Origin: a virus
Taxonomy: Duplodnaviria > Heunggongvirae > Uroviricota > Caudoviricetes
Reading direction: 5' to 3' (one strand)
DNA: 42,229 bases
IMG/VR virus record: IMGVR_UViG_2718217897_000004
Shown here: positions 1-7,858 of the stretch, one piece after another
Layout of the letters: every line of letters begins with the position of its first letter
How positions within the stretch are numbered: the first letter of the stretch is position 1
The notes under the pieces: model-generated
What the model was told of the DNA's origin: nothing
Databases searched by the model: none
What the model saw: only the letters and a program-made list of their open reading frames with translations
Translations under genes and position numbers: made by a program

Positions 1-798
1 TTAATGAACATTCGTCGCCGAAAACGAGTCTGTATCATTAGCGTGATGCAGTCTCAGCAAAGGATCTTGTTGATAAAATTGGCAGAAACGTTGCCACAAT
101 GAAGGGAAACGAGGAGCAAAAAGTTCTGGGGCGCTAAAGAAATATTCAGAAAGTACGGCAAAACATTCAGCAGGATCACTGGCAGCATAAGCATCAATGC
201 TCGCCGCATTCTCGCCAACCAATTCGATTTCTTCCTGAATGTTGTTCATTGCAGCATGAAGATCGTGTTCCCAGCCAGCAACCTCACGCAACGGAATAAA
301 GGGAACTCCGCTGGCGCGATCGCCGTTACGGGTGTCCAGCTTATGAGCGACTTCATGAATAATCAGGTTAAAACCAGAAGCATCAAAAGAATCTTGTATA
401 TCCAACCAGTTCAAAACGATAGGCCCTTGCTGCCAGCTCTGACCTGACTGAACAATACGTTGGTTATGCACCAGACCGATATCGTCTTCCCATTCATCAT
501 CGACCACAAATGGCGCAGGATAAATTAAGACTTCATGAAAACCATCCAGCCATTCCAGTCCTAACTCCAGAACGGGTAGGCAAAATAGAAGTGCTATCCG
601 GCAGCTTCTTAATGAATCCAGTTCAAAGCCCTGTAAAGGAACAAGCCGCTTTTGCTGTAAAAAACGTTCGGCAAGAGTGACTAATTTGCTTTGTTCCTGT
701 TCCGTCAGACCCGTTAAAAGGGGGATCGATAGTGCTTCCTGCCAGGGAAGGGCAGTTTGATGTGCTGATTCTTGTACTTTCCAGGGCCACTTAATCAT
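1..798 (-). CDS. mtfA: Mlc titration factor A (zinc-dependent peptidase MtfA), host gene
   Basis: 278-aa frame whose internal start [14 protein letters not shown]... gives 265 aa; HEVAHKLD zinc-metallopeptidase motif; matches recalled E. coli MtfA along its length; stop is the complement of nt 1-3. Confidence 0.88.
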   Translation of the reverse strand: MIKWPWKVQESAHQTALPWQEALSIPLLTGLTEQEQSKLVTLAERFLQQKRLVPLQGFELDSLRSCRIALLFCLPVLELGLEWLDGFHEVLIYPAPFVVDDEWEDDIGLVHNQRIVQSGQSWQQGPIVLNWLDIQDSFDASGFNLIIHEVAHKLDTRNGDRASGVPFIPLREVAGWEHDLHAAMNNIQEEIELVGENAASIDAYAASDPAECFAVLSEYFFSAPELFAPRFPSLWQRFCQFYQQDPLLRLHHANDTDSFSATNVH

Positions 799-891
799 CG
801 TTTTGCTCGCAAACTCGTCACTTGAACAAAATTGCACGGACAGGGACTGTTAAAATGCCAAATTTCCTGGCATCATGGCAACCATCTGAAC

Positions 892-981
892 GGAGAGATG
901 CCGGAGCGGCTGAACGGACCGGTCTCGAAAACCGGAGTGGGGGCAACTCCACCGGGGGTTCAAATCCCCCTCTCTCCGCCA
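892..981 (+). tRNA. serU: tRNA-Ser (anticodon CGA), prophage attachment site
   Basis: 90-nt sequence GGAGAGATGCCGGAGCGG...CTCGAAA...GGTTCAAATCCCCCTCTCTCCGCCA with long variable arm and anticodon loop containing CGA; integrase gene lies 53 nt downstream. Confidence 0.9.
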
Positions 982-1033
982 AAATTCAATCACTTACACA
1001 TCATTAAGTCAGTGACAAAAATCACACTTGGAA

Positions 1034-2059
1034 TTACTTGGAATATTTTCTTGGAATATTTTCAGGTAACGGGACATCAAGTGTTGGTGAAACTTTAACC
1101 TTCCTGTCATAGATTAGCACTTGCCCTTCGGTTTTGTGACCAGAGAAAAGTTGCTTATCCCGGCTGCTTCCTTCATAGTCTGAAATTCCTTTCGCCTTCA
1201 GATCATGAAAGGTGAAGTCGGTTAAAATACCTGAAATTTTTCCAGCACGATTTCTTGCTTCTACCCACATTTCGTTAAAGCCTTTGTACATATATCGGTT
1301 GCCGTATTGATTGCTGATCACATAGGCAGATTTTGGTAACTGTTTTGCTTTTTCGATCGCTGCCTGTAATCGTGGACTCCATGCTTTTATCTGTTTTTTT
1401 CCGGTTTTCCCTTGCTGGATGAATATCCCGTCGTTTCCAATCTGTTCCCATTTCAGCGATAACACATCGGAAACCCTCGCTGCACACAGATAGGCAATTT
1501 CCATTGCGATAAAAACAGGAAGAGGTGCAACGCTTAATACTTCCTGGTATTCTTTGTCGGTTACATATCGTTCGCGGTTTTTGGCCTTGAATTTACTTAC
1601 ACCTGCACATGGGTTAGCCTTCACGTACCCTCGCTCATACCCCCAACTGTAAACACGGGACATACTGCTTTTTTCATGGTTGGCTTGCGTTTTACTCTGC
1701 TCCCCTCTTTTGTCCATGTATCGACGGATGTGTTCTGGTTTTATGGAATCCGCTGGTACCTTACCGAATACGGCAAGCAACTTTTTTTGATGTTGCAGAT
1801 AATCTTTTTGTGTTCTTGGACTAAGGTCACTGTAATAGGCGCTGGCGAGGAATTTTTCCCACAAGCGACCGAATGTCATTGCACGATCGCGATTATTTAC
1901 AGTTTCCTCATACTTTTTCCATAAAGCAGCTAAACCATCCTTGATGGCGGTTAGTGTGACAGATTCTCTGGATGTTGGTTTCCATACATAACTATATTTA
2001 TTTGGGTATACATTTGGAGGTAATTTTTCGTGTTCAGGATTTTTCCTTCGTCTTCCCAT
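1034..2059 (-). CDS. int: Phage integrase, tyrosine site-specific recombinase
   Basis: 341-aa ORF reading toward the tRNA; typical position and size; stop/start overlap with the upstream excisionase ORF. Confidence 0.88.
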   Translation of the reverse strand: MGRRRKNPEHEKLPPNVYPNKYSYVWKPTSRESVTLTAIKDGLAALWKKYEETVNNRDRAMTFGRLWEKFLASAYYSDLSPRTQKDYLQHQKKLLAVFGKVPADSIKPEHIRRYMDKRGEQSKTQANHEKSSMSRVYSWGYERGYVKANPCAGVSKFKAKNRERYVTDKEYQEVLSVAPLPVFIAMEIAYLCAARVSDVLSLKWEQIGNDGIFIQQGKTGKKQIKAWSPRLQAAIEKAKQLPKSAYVISNQYGNRYMYKGFNEMWVEARNRAGKISGILTDFTFHDLKAKGISDYEGSSRDKQLFSGHKTEGQVLIYDRKVKVSPTLDVPLPENIPRKYSK

Positions 2060-2262
2060 CAGATCGCACCAAAATTCGGCTCTACCTCGCGTGGTGGTAA
2101 AGTTTTATTGCAGGTAAATAGATCCCGGCTGACAATCGGTTTGCCACTACGATTGGTATAGAACGGAAGCCCGTTTTCCATTAACCATTTTCGCTGGTGG
2201 CTTGCATATTTGCAGCCCGTTAATATTAGCAATTCATCTTCGGTTAAAAATAAGCTGCTCAT
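2059..2262 (-). CDS. xis: Excisionase-like small DNA-binding protein
   Basis: 67-aa ORF immediately upstream of int with TGATG overlap; small basic protein at the xis position. Confidence 0.6.
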   Translation of the reverse strand: MSSLFLTEDELLILTGCKYASHQRKWLMENGLPFYTNRSGKPIVSRDLFTCNKTLPPREVEPNFGAI

Positions 2263-2320
2263 AGCTATATCTCATAACCGCCGCTAACTATATACGGTTA
2301 GCGGCAATTAGGGTTGAACA

Positions 2321-4747
2321 TTAAAAATCAGCCTGACTCGGGATCAGTTTTTGCCAGATAGCTGAAACGTATTTTGCCTGGTAACGAGCGTCATCAAGTG
2401 CATTATGGCGCTCACCTTCGAATGGGATAGCAGTTCTGGCATCGAAGTCTATGGCTTTCCCCAGCTCAACGATTGTGCGTACATCGCGATCGTTGCAGTA
2501 GCGCCACGGGCAGGGGATACCCTGTCGTTCGTATGAACGGCGTAAAATCACGTTGTCGAAGTTGGCCCCATTACCCCAGACCTGAACAAAAAATTCACCG
2601 GAGTTTTCGTCGATAAATTCCCGCAATTGCAGTAGTGCATCATCTAACGGGATTTCATCGGTCATAATGGCAGACTGCGCCTCACGTGATTGCTTCAGCC
2701 ACCATTTAATGACGTCACGATCAATGACTCCGCCAGCAGTATCCAGATCGATGGTCTTGCTAAATTCCGGTCCCATATCTCCGGTTTGTGGATCGAAAAA
2801 TATTGCGCCTATTGAGATAATCGGGGCATCGGGATTTTTTCCCATGGTTTCAAGGTCGATCATCAGATGAATCCCCGCTCTGCTGGTGGATGTGAGTTTA
2901 TGATGACCATTCACCTTAATTAAGGGATCTGTCGCCTCGCCAGTTTTATTATCGCTGGCGTGATGCTGATTGCCGCCAGGGTTCTCCTTGTGTGGATGTT
3001 CAGCGCCTTCCATTTCCTCCGGAACATTTTCCTGAACTTCAACCTGATTCTCTTCATCGAATGTTTCCTGGTATGTTGCGTCGCCCATCACCGCGCCACA
3101 ATCAGGGCAGTTGCCGCCACCCCTCTGACCGCAGGCGGTGCAGACTTTTTCCGGTTCCTGTTGCGCTACTGGTTCGGATTGTTTCGTTTCTGGCTCGTTT
3201 TGTAACGCATTTGGGCTGTTTTGTTCCGCTTTTTGGTCGTTCCGTTCCGATTCATGCTGGTTCTGGTTCACAGAATCGCGAGTCTGGATCCCCTTGACCC
3301 ATTTCGGATCATTAGGGTCGCTAATCCCCTCAACAAATTCACCACGCGATACAGCAAGTAACTTATCGGCGTCAGGCTGGCTGATATTGGCTGCCTGCAT
3401 AATTTTGTTTACTTCGTCAGCGGTGACTTTTACTTGGTTAGCGGAACTCACCTGCGACTGAACGTTCTGGCAATGTTCAGTTGTATCCGGTTCCATTGTT
3501 TCAGTTGTTGCCTGTTCACCTGCCATTGCGTCAGATGGTTGTGGTTTTTCTTCCTCTGTTTCACGTTCAGTAACCACCTCGCGGTTAATTTCTTCCAGGA
3601 TATCTTTTTCCGGCGTATGCCGGGCAGCTGTGAGAGTTTCCTTGCTGGGGTTCTCGTGATCAGTTTCCGTCAAATAGGCGTTGATATACCCCTGAAGGCG
3701 TCCCGGGTAGTGATAAAATTCAGGGTGTGCGCTTCGGATAAGTGCAAAAATAGCGGCGCGGGAATAGTCCAGAATACCCGGGGTTGCACGAAGTGCTGCG
3801 GACCATTCTTTGAACGGACTTTCTTTTTTCAGGACTACTTCTTTTGCGCGACGATAAACGCTGCCCGGAATTTCATAAATATTAAAATCCATCGGAAGTG
3901 TGGCTGCTGCAATCTCCACATCCAGTGTGTCGAGGGTGTGTACTAAATTCGGATTGCGATCGGTTTTGTTCCCACCGCCAGCATTAGCACCGGAAGCCGT
4001 GCGGGTGATGCGTGAAACACGATTTCCTTTCATCCACTCTTTTGTCAGCAGACCCCGATCAATGTAGTCAGCGTCCAGGTATGCTTCGAAAAAAGCAGTT
4101 ATTAGTCCCAGGTCTGAATTACCAGGATTAGGGAAAACTTTGTCAGTGTCACGAACCAGTTTGTGGAGGTCGCGAATCTCCAGCGAGTCGAGCAGACTGG
4201 TTTTATGCGAAATAGCCAGAGCAGTAACAGCCGGTAGTTCTTCAGCCCGTGCAATGTGTAATGCCTGGAGTTCGTCGCGTGAAACGTGCGTTACTGGTTT
4301 TTCGCTGCCGTGTTGAGCAAGCCAACGAATGGGCAGTTCCTGACCGGAGACAGGCAGAAGCATGCTCTCCTCAATCTCAGTCATGTCTTCGCCGTTGATG
4401 TTGGTATTGTCAGTGCTGGCTGGTTTGTCCTGAACAGAGGGGGAAGGGCCGATAAATGTCATTGTGATGCCATCTTTCCCGCCTTTTTCATAGCGGTTGC
4501 AGAATTCAGTATCAAACACGCCTTCTGGCGGAAGGTCGTCAACAACGGGCAAATTGACGCGGACGGGTTTTTTAAAGTCGTCTTCATCATAATCGTTGTC
4601 ATCCATTGCGGTAATGCAGCGGGAGATTGCAACAGATAATTTTTTTGCTGTAGTCCAGTAAAAACCACCTTTAATTCCCAGGCGTTTTCTTACTTTGTCA
4701 TTTTTTGCTTCGCAATATAGTGCAAATTCTTCTTTATCAGTGCTCAT
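2321..4747 (-). CDS. Phage exonuclease: large N-terminal region with Cys4 zinc ribbon fused to a C-terminal DnaQ-like (DEDDh) 3'-5' exonuclease domain (of the kind annotated exodeoxyribonuclease VIII in prophages)
   Basis: 808-aa ORF; C-terminal MIDLETMG...WGNGANFDN...HNALDDARY motifs fit exonuclease motifs I-III; CTACGQRGGGNCPDCG zinc ribbon mid-protein; occupies the exo/recombination slot of the leftward operon. Confidence 0.75.
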   Translation of the reverse strand: MSTDKEEFALYCEAKNDKVRKRLGIKGGFYWTTAKKLSVAISRCITAMDDNDYDEDDFKKPVRVNLPVVDDLPPEGVFDTEFCNRYEKGGKDGITMTFIGPSPSVQDKPASTDNTNINGEDMTEIEESMLLPVSGQELPIRWLAQHGSEKPVTHVSRDELQALHIARAEELPAVTALAISHKTSLLDSLEIRDLHKLVRDTDKVFPNPGNSDLGLITAFFEAYLDADYIDRGLLTKEWMKGNRVSRITRTASGANAGGGNKTDRNPNLVHTLDTLDVEIAAATLPMDFNIYEIPGSVYRRAKEVVLKKESPFKEWSAALRATPGILDYSRAAIFALIRSAHPEFYHYPGRLQGYINAYLTETDHENPSKETLTAARHTPEKDILEEINREVVTERETEEEKPQPSDAMAGEQATTETMEPDTTEHCQNVQSQVSSANQVKVTADEVNKIMQAANISQPDADKLLAVSRGEFVEGISDPNDPKWVKGIQTRDSVNQNQHESERNDQKAEQNSPNALQNEPETKQSEPVAQQEPEKVCTACGQRGGGNCPDCGAVMGDATYQETFDEENQVEVQENVPEEMEGAEHPHKENPGGNQHHASDNKTGEATDPLIKVNGHHKLTSTSRAGIHLMIDLETMGKNPDAPIISIGAIFFDPQTGDMGPEFSKTIDLDTAGGVIDRDVIKWWLKQSREAQSAIMTDEIPLDDALLQLREFIDENSGEFFVQVWGNGANFDNVILRRSYERQGIPCPWRYCNDRDVRTIVELGKAIDFDARTAIPFEGERHNALDDARYQAKYVSAIWQKLIPSQADF

Positions 4748-4840
4748 TATTGGTAAACCTCATCACAGATTTAAGGGTGAACAAATCTCTGCCATTGCTG
4801 ACATATAAGAATGAAACTGGATATTTATTACGGTGCTGTT

Positions 4841-5032
4841 TTAAAATTCTGCCGGGATTTCGTTATTATCCTGGTGAATAACTTTATCGACCGGATAACA
4901 GCTGCCTGGAATTTTCTGTTCGGTTGCTGCTGCCATACATTCCTGCATTGTTCTGTGAACACTGACTGCAATATCAACTGGCTCTCCGGAAACAAGAAAA
5001 ACCGTCAGAATAAGTGCAAATACTGGATTCAT
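4841..5032 (-). CDS. Small membrane/secreted protein at the ydfD position (YdfD-like)
   Basis: 63-aa frame from internal ATG MNPVFALILTVFLVSG... with hydrophobic N-terminus; AAGGA SD about 8 nt upstream; 4-nt overlap with dicB stop. Equivalence to YdfD is from position and length only. Confidence 0.45.
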   Translation of the reverse strand: MNPVFALILTVFLVSGEPVDIAVSVHRTMQECMAAATEQKIPGSCYPVDKVIHQDNNEIPAEF

Positions 5033-5217
5033 TGTGCACATCCTTTTGGCATCAGACGTAAACGGGCCAGCATTGAAACAATGCATACTTTATTTAATAA
5101 CTCCCGTTCGTGTTTTCTTTTGTTAATGGCATCTTCAGTAAATACAGGATTACTGATAGTGACACCAATTTCAAAACAACCTTCAGACGTATTAACGTTT
5201 GGTAATAACGTTTTCAT
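5029..5217 (-). CDS. dicB: Cell-division inhibitor DicB
   Basis: 62-aa frame MKTLLPNVNTSEGCFEIGVTISNPVFTEDAINKRK...SMLARLRLMPKGCAQ matches recalled DicB nearly residue for residue. Confidence 0.85.
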   Translation of the reverse strand: MKTLLPNVNTSEGCFEIGVTISNPVFTEDAINKRKHERELLNKVCIVSMLARLRLMPKGCAQ

Positions 5218-5386
5218 TATCGCGCCCTCAACAATGAGTTTTGTGATGCGGTGCCTGGTGCCTCCAGGTGACGTTAACCAGTTAACAATTAACGCCGGAT
5301 ACAGAGAATCCACCCATAACACTGTTTTTGGTTTTAACTGTTCCGCGTGCGCTTAGCCGCATTCACCGCATCACAAAATTCACTTT

Positions 5387-5444
5387 AAAAAGGGCGGCAG
5401 AGCAGTCACGGAGTAAAACTGATACCGCCAAACGTCACCAGAAA
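5387..5444 (-). ncRNA. dicF: DicF small regulatory RNA (53 nt) with 3' U-tract
   Basis: Minus strand reads TTTCTGGTGACGTTTGGCGGTATCAGTTTTACTCCGTGACTGCTCTGCCGCCC followed by TTTTT, which matches recalled DicF; sits immediately upstream of dicB as in Qin. Confidence 0.85.
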
Positions 5445-5784
5445 ATTGATAACAGAGGGCGTTGCAGCGGGGTTATCACTTAAGCGTATGGTCAACCTGA
5501 CAACCCGGTGTCCTCAACGGGGAAGGAATAACCCCGCCATACTTACCGCCGCGCCATTTCGCGGAGTGCCACAACCGGAAGCGCACGGTCGACGAAAATT
5601 TAACGACAGGCTATCTATGAACCAGCTACCTCGCCGTGCGCTTTCGCGTTATGGTCTGACTTTTCATGGAAATATCCTTTCAGTAAACTGTCAGTGCCGG
5701 ATGCTCACCCGTGTCCGGCGCACGCACTCCACCTCACCCGTGGAGAACTCCTTAATTACCAACCTTAGCTTCGTTGGTTAGCTA

Positions 5785-6003
5785 TTAACGCGGGTATGTA
5801 ATCATTCTGGCAATGCTTAATGCCGCTGCTTTTTCCAGATTGGTGATATCCTGCTCCAGAGAGAACAGATTTTCAGCCTGCTTAGCCCTGGCTTCATTAG
5901 CCCATTTCAGATCCTGCGCTGCATTAATTTTCTGGCGCATCCACTCATAAAGTTCATCATCGGTATAGTCTGGCGCGATGATGACAGGTTCTCGTTTCTG
6001 CAT
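5785..6003 (-). CDS. YdfC-like small protein of the dicB operon
   Basis: 72-aa frame from internal ATG (MQKREPVIIAPDYTDDELYEW...) with strong AAGGAG SD 5 nt upstream; same length and position as Qin ydfC. Confidence 0.5.
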   Translation of the reverse strand: MQKREPVIIAPDYTDDELYEWMRQKINAAQDLKWANEARAKQAENLFSLEQDITNLEKAAALSIARMITYPR

Positions 6004-6074
6004 GTCAGCTCCTTGTGGTTCGCATTGCCTGCTTTTAACCACGTCAGGCGAGGTGGTATCCTCTGAGGGGTCTG

Positions 6075-6431
6075 TTACTCGAGAGGAAATTGGTTATGAA
6101 TACAATCAAGTTTTCTTGCCCAGAATGTGGTGGCGAAGTCTTTGACACATCCTTTAAGCCGCAGGGCTCTGACAGTTTCGCGGGAGCCATCTGCAAAAAT
6201 TGTGGTCACCTTGTAACTGAAGATGAGTCCTCGCAGTTCGATGACGAAATCGTTGACAATATCTTCGGTGCACTCACCAGAGACTTTCTGAAATAAAGAC
6301 GCATACCGCTTAGTTACCGCTCTGATAACTCTTACCTGTCCGGCAATGGCGCTGATGTCAATATAAAGCGCCATTGCTGCTTCTTTGCCGATCCCGTGAT
6401 GCCTTCCATTCTGATGTTTGACTTCGCCCAC
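6075..6431 (-). CDS. Hypothetical first gene of the leftward (dicB) operon; alternative to the overlapping plus-strand zinc-ribbon ORF
   Basis: 118-aa frame with GTG start and GAGGA SD; occupies the ydfA/ydfB position but fully overlaps a zinc-ribbon ORF on the other strand, so at most one is likely real over the shared span. Confidence 0.25.
   Translation of the reverse strand: MGEVKHQNGRHHGIGKEAAMALYIDISAIAGQVRVIRAVTKRYASLFQKVSGECTEDIVNDFVIELRGLIFSYKVTTIFADGSRETVRALRLKGCVKDFATTFWARKLDCIHNQFPLE
6096..6296 (+). CDS. Small acidic zinc-ribbon protein (CPECGG...CKNCGH), antisense to the leftward early operon
   Basis: 66-aa frame from ATG 6096 with GAGAGG SD about 9 nt upstream; two CxxC pairs about 25 aa apart; acidic C-terminus. 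Confidence 0.4.
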   Translation: MNTIKFSCPECGGEVFDTSFKPQGSDSFAGAICKNCGHLVTEDESSQFDDEIVDNIFGALTRDFLK

Positions 6432-6515
6432 TGAGAAATCCTCTGTTTCCCCTTAACGCCGGGGTAGCGGAACTGTTTGCTGAGAACACCGTGCGGTGTC
6501 TTGATGCAAGTAAGA

Positions 6516-6566
6516 TTAGCCATGGCTAACAATTTGGTCAAGCATTTTTGTTTGTCATGACTAACA
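6516..6566. promoter_or_regulatory. Left operator/promoter region: two palindromic repressor sites
   Basis: Perfect 14-bp palindrome TTAGCCATGGCTAA (6516-6529) and near-palindrome TTGTCATGACTAACA (6552-6566), between dicA and the leftward operon. Confidence 0.5.
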
Positions 6567-6601
6567 TTTTGGACAGTCAAAAAGATAACGCATTGATTGC
6601 G

Positions 6602-7009
6602 TTATCTTTTGTTTGTTCGTTGACGGGCTTTTAATAACTCTTCAAAGAGTTTGTTGAAATTTTTTACTCGGGCGCGCATCTCGGTGAGCTGAGCATCCTG
6701 TTCTGATTCAGGCAGTGCATTAAAAAGCTCAAGGAGCTCATGTTCTTTGGGGGATAGAGCAACTGGCTCCTCAATAGGTGGTGATGGCTGCTTGTCTTCA
6801 TCGCCAAATAGAATCCATGTTGGCGAGCACTGCAGTACTTTGCTGAGGGCAAAAAGATTCTTTCCTGTAGGTTCGCTATCATCCCGCTCCCATTGTGAAA
6901 CTGATACGTGAGAAATTTTCAGGGCTTTAGCAAGAGACCTTTGGGTGTATTTGAGGTTTTTTCGGCGATATCTAATGCGTTCGCCAATGGTTAAATTTTT
7001 TGTATCCAT
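6602..7009 (-). CDS. dicA: Repressor DicA (CI-type HTH repressor of the immunity region)
   Basis: 135-aa protein MDTKNLTIGERIRYRRKNLKYTQRSLAKALKISHVSVSQWER... matches recalled DicA in length and sequence. Confidence 0.9.
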   Translation of the reverse strand: MDTKNLTIGERIRYRRKNLKYTQRSLAKALKISHVSVSQWERDDSEPTGKNLFALSKVLQCSPTWILFGDEDKQPSPPIEEPVALSPKEHELLELFNALPESEQDAQLTEMRARVKNFNKLFEELLKARQRTNKR

Positions 7010-7044
7010 AGTTAGCTAATGCTAAATCTTATTGACTATGTTTT

Positions 7045-7076
7045 TGTTAACATCTATTTTGTTAGTCATGGCTAAC
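7045..7076. promoter_or_regulatory. Right operator/promoter region between dicA and dicC
   Basis: GTTAGTCATGGCTAAC (7061-7076) repeats the left-operator core; TGTTAACA palindrome at 7045-7052; divergent promoters expected here. Confidence 0.5.
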
Positions 7077-7092
7077 AATTAAGGTGCTTTAA

Positions 7093-7323
7093 ATGCTTAA
7101 AACTGACGCACTTTTGTATTTCGGTTCAAAAACAAAACTTGCACAAGCTGCTGGTATTCGTTTGGCTTCGCTTTATAGCTGGAAAGGGGAGCTAGTACCT
7201 GAAGGTCGCGCGATGCGCCTGCAAGAGGCATCCGGCGGGGAACTTCAGTACGACCCCAAAGTTTATGACGAATATCGTAAGGCAAAGCGGGCGGGGCGGT
7301 TGAACAATGAAAATCACCCCTGA
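7093..7323 (+). CDS. dicC: DicC (Cro-like regulator), divergent from dicA
   Basis: 76-aa protein MLKTDALLYFGSKTKLAQAAGIRLASLYSWKG... matches recalled DicC in length and sequence. Confidence 0.85.
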   Translation: MLKTDALLYFGSKTKLAQAAGIRLASLYSWKGELVPEGRAMRLQEASGGELQYDPKVYDEYRKAKRAGRLNNENHP

Positions 7324-7858
7324 ACAGGTTTGTGAGGCTCTGGATGCCTGGGTGTGCCGACCAGGAATGACACAGGAGCAGGCGACGATATTAATCACGG
7401 AAGCATTCTGGGCTCTGAAAGAACGCCCGAACATCGATGTTCAACGCGTCACGTTTAATGATGGCGAGGTTGATCAACGGGCGCTGGGCGTTAACCGGGT
7501 GAAGATATTCGAACGCTGGAAAGCTATCGACACCAGGGATAAGCGGGAAAAATTCACGGCGCTGATTCCGGCAATTATGGAGGCTATCCGGATCAGCGAT
7601 TTCAGGTTGTATTGTGAAATTACTGACGGAAAAAGCATTACGTACATGATCGCCGGGTTAAACAAAGAATATGGCGATGTGGTGGAGTCCGGGCTGCTTT
7701 TTGCGGATCCATCTGTTGTGGAACGTGAGACTGACGAGCTTATAGAAAAAGCTATTGCTTTCAAGCATGCGTATCGTCAGCAATATCAATATTACTTTGC
7801 AGATAAACAAATGTCTGCCAGGGGTTCGTATGAGTATCGATGCACTACGATGGGCTAA
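7307..7858 (+). CDS. YdaT-like early protein (proposed CII-analogue family)
   Basis: 183-aa ORF directly after the Cro-like gene; segment REKFTALIPAIMEAI resembles the recalled YdaT segment; position equals lambda cII. Confidence 0.45.
   Translation: MKITPEQVCEALDAWVCRPGMTQEQATILITEAFWALKERPNIDVQRVTFNDGEVDQRALGVNRVKIFERWKAIDTRDKREKFTALIPAIMEAIRISDFRLYCEITDGKSITYMIAGLNKEYGDVVESGLLFADPSVVERETDELIEKAIAFKHAYRQQYQYYFADKQMSARGSYEYRCTTMG

Noticed and set aside
1027-1063. Tandem CTTGGAAT(ATTTTC) repeats as a separate repeat feature
   Set aside because: They fall within the last codons of the integrase gene; a role as arm-type sites is possible but cannot be separated from coding constraint by eye.
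5446-5781. 111-aa plus-strand ORF
   Set aside because: Antisense to the DicF precursor leader, TTG/ATG start without SD, Arg-rich composition; likely non-coding.
6332-6580. 82-aa minus-strand ORF
   Set aside because: Spans the left operator/promoter region and overlaps the start of the leftward operon; no RBS; likely spurious.
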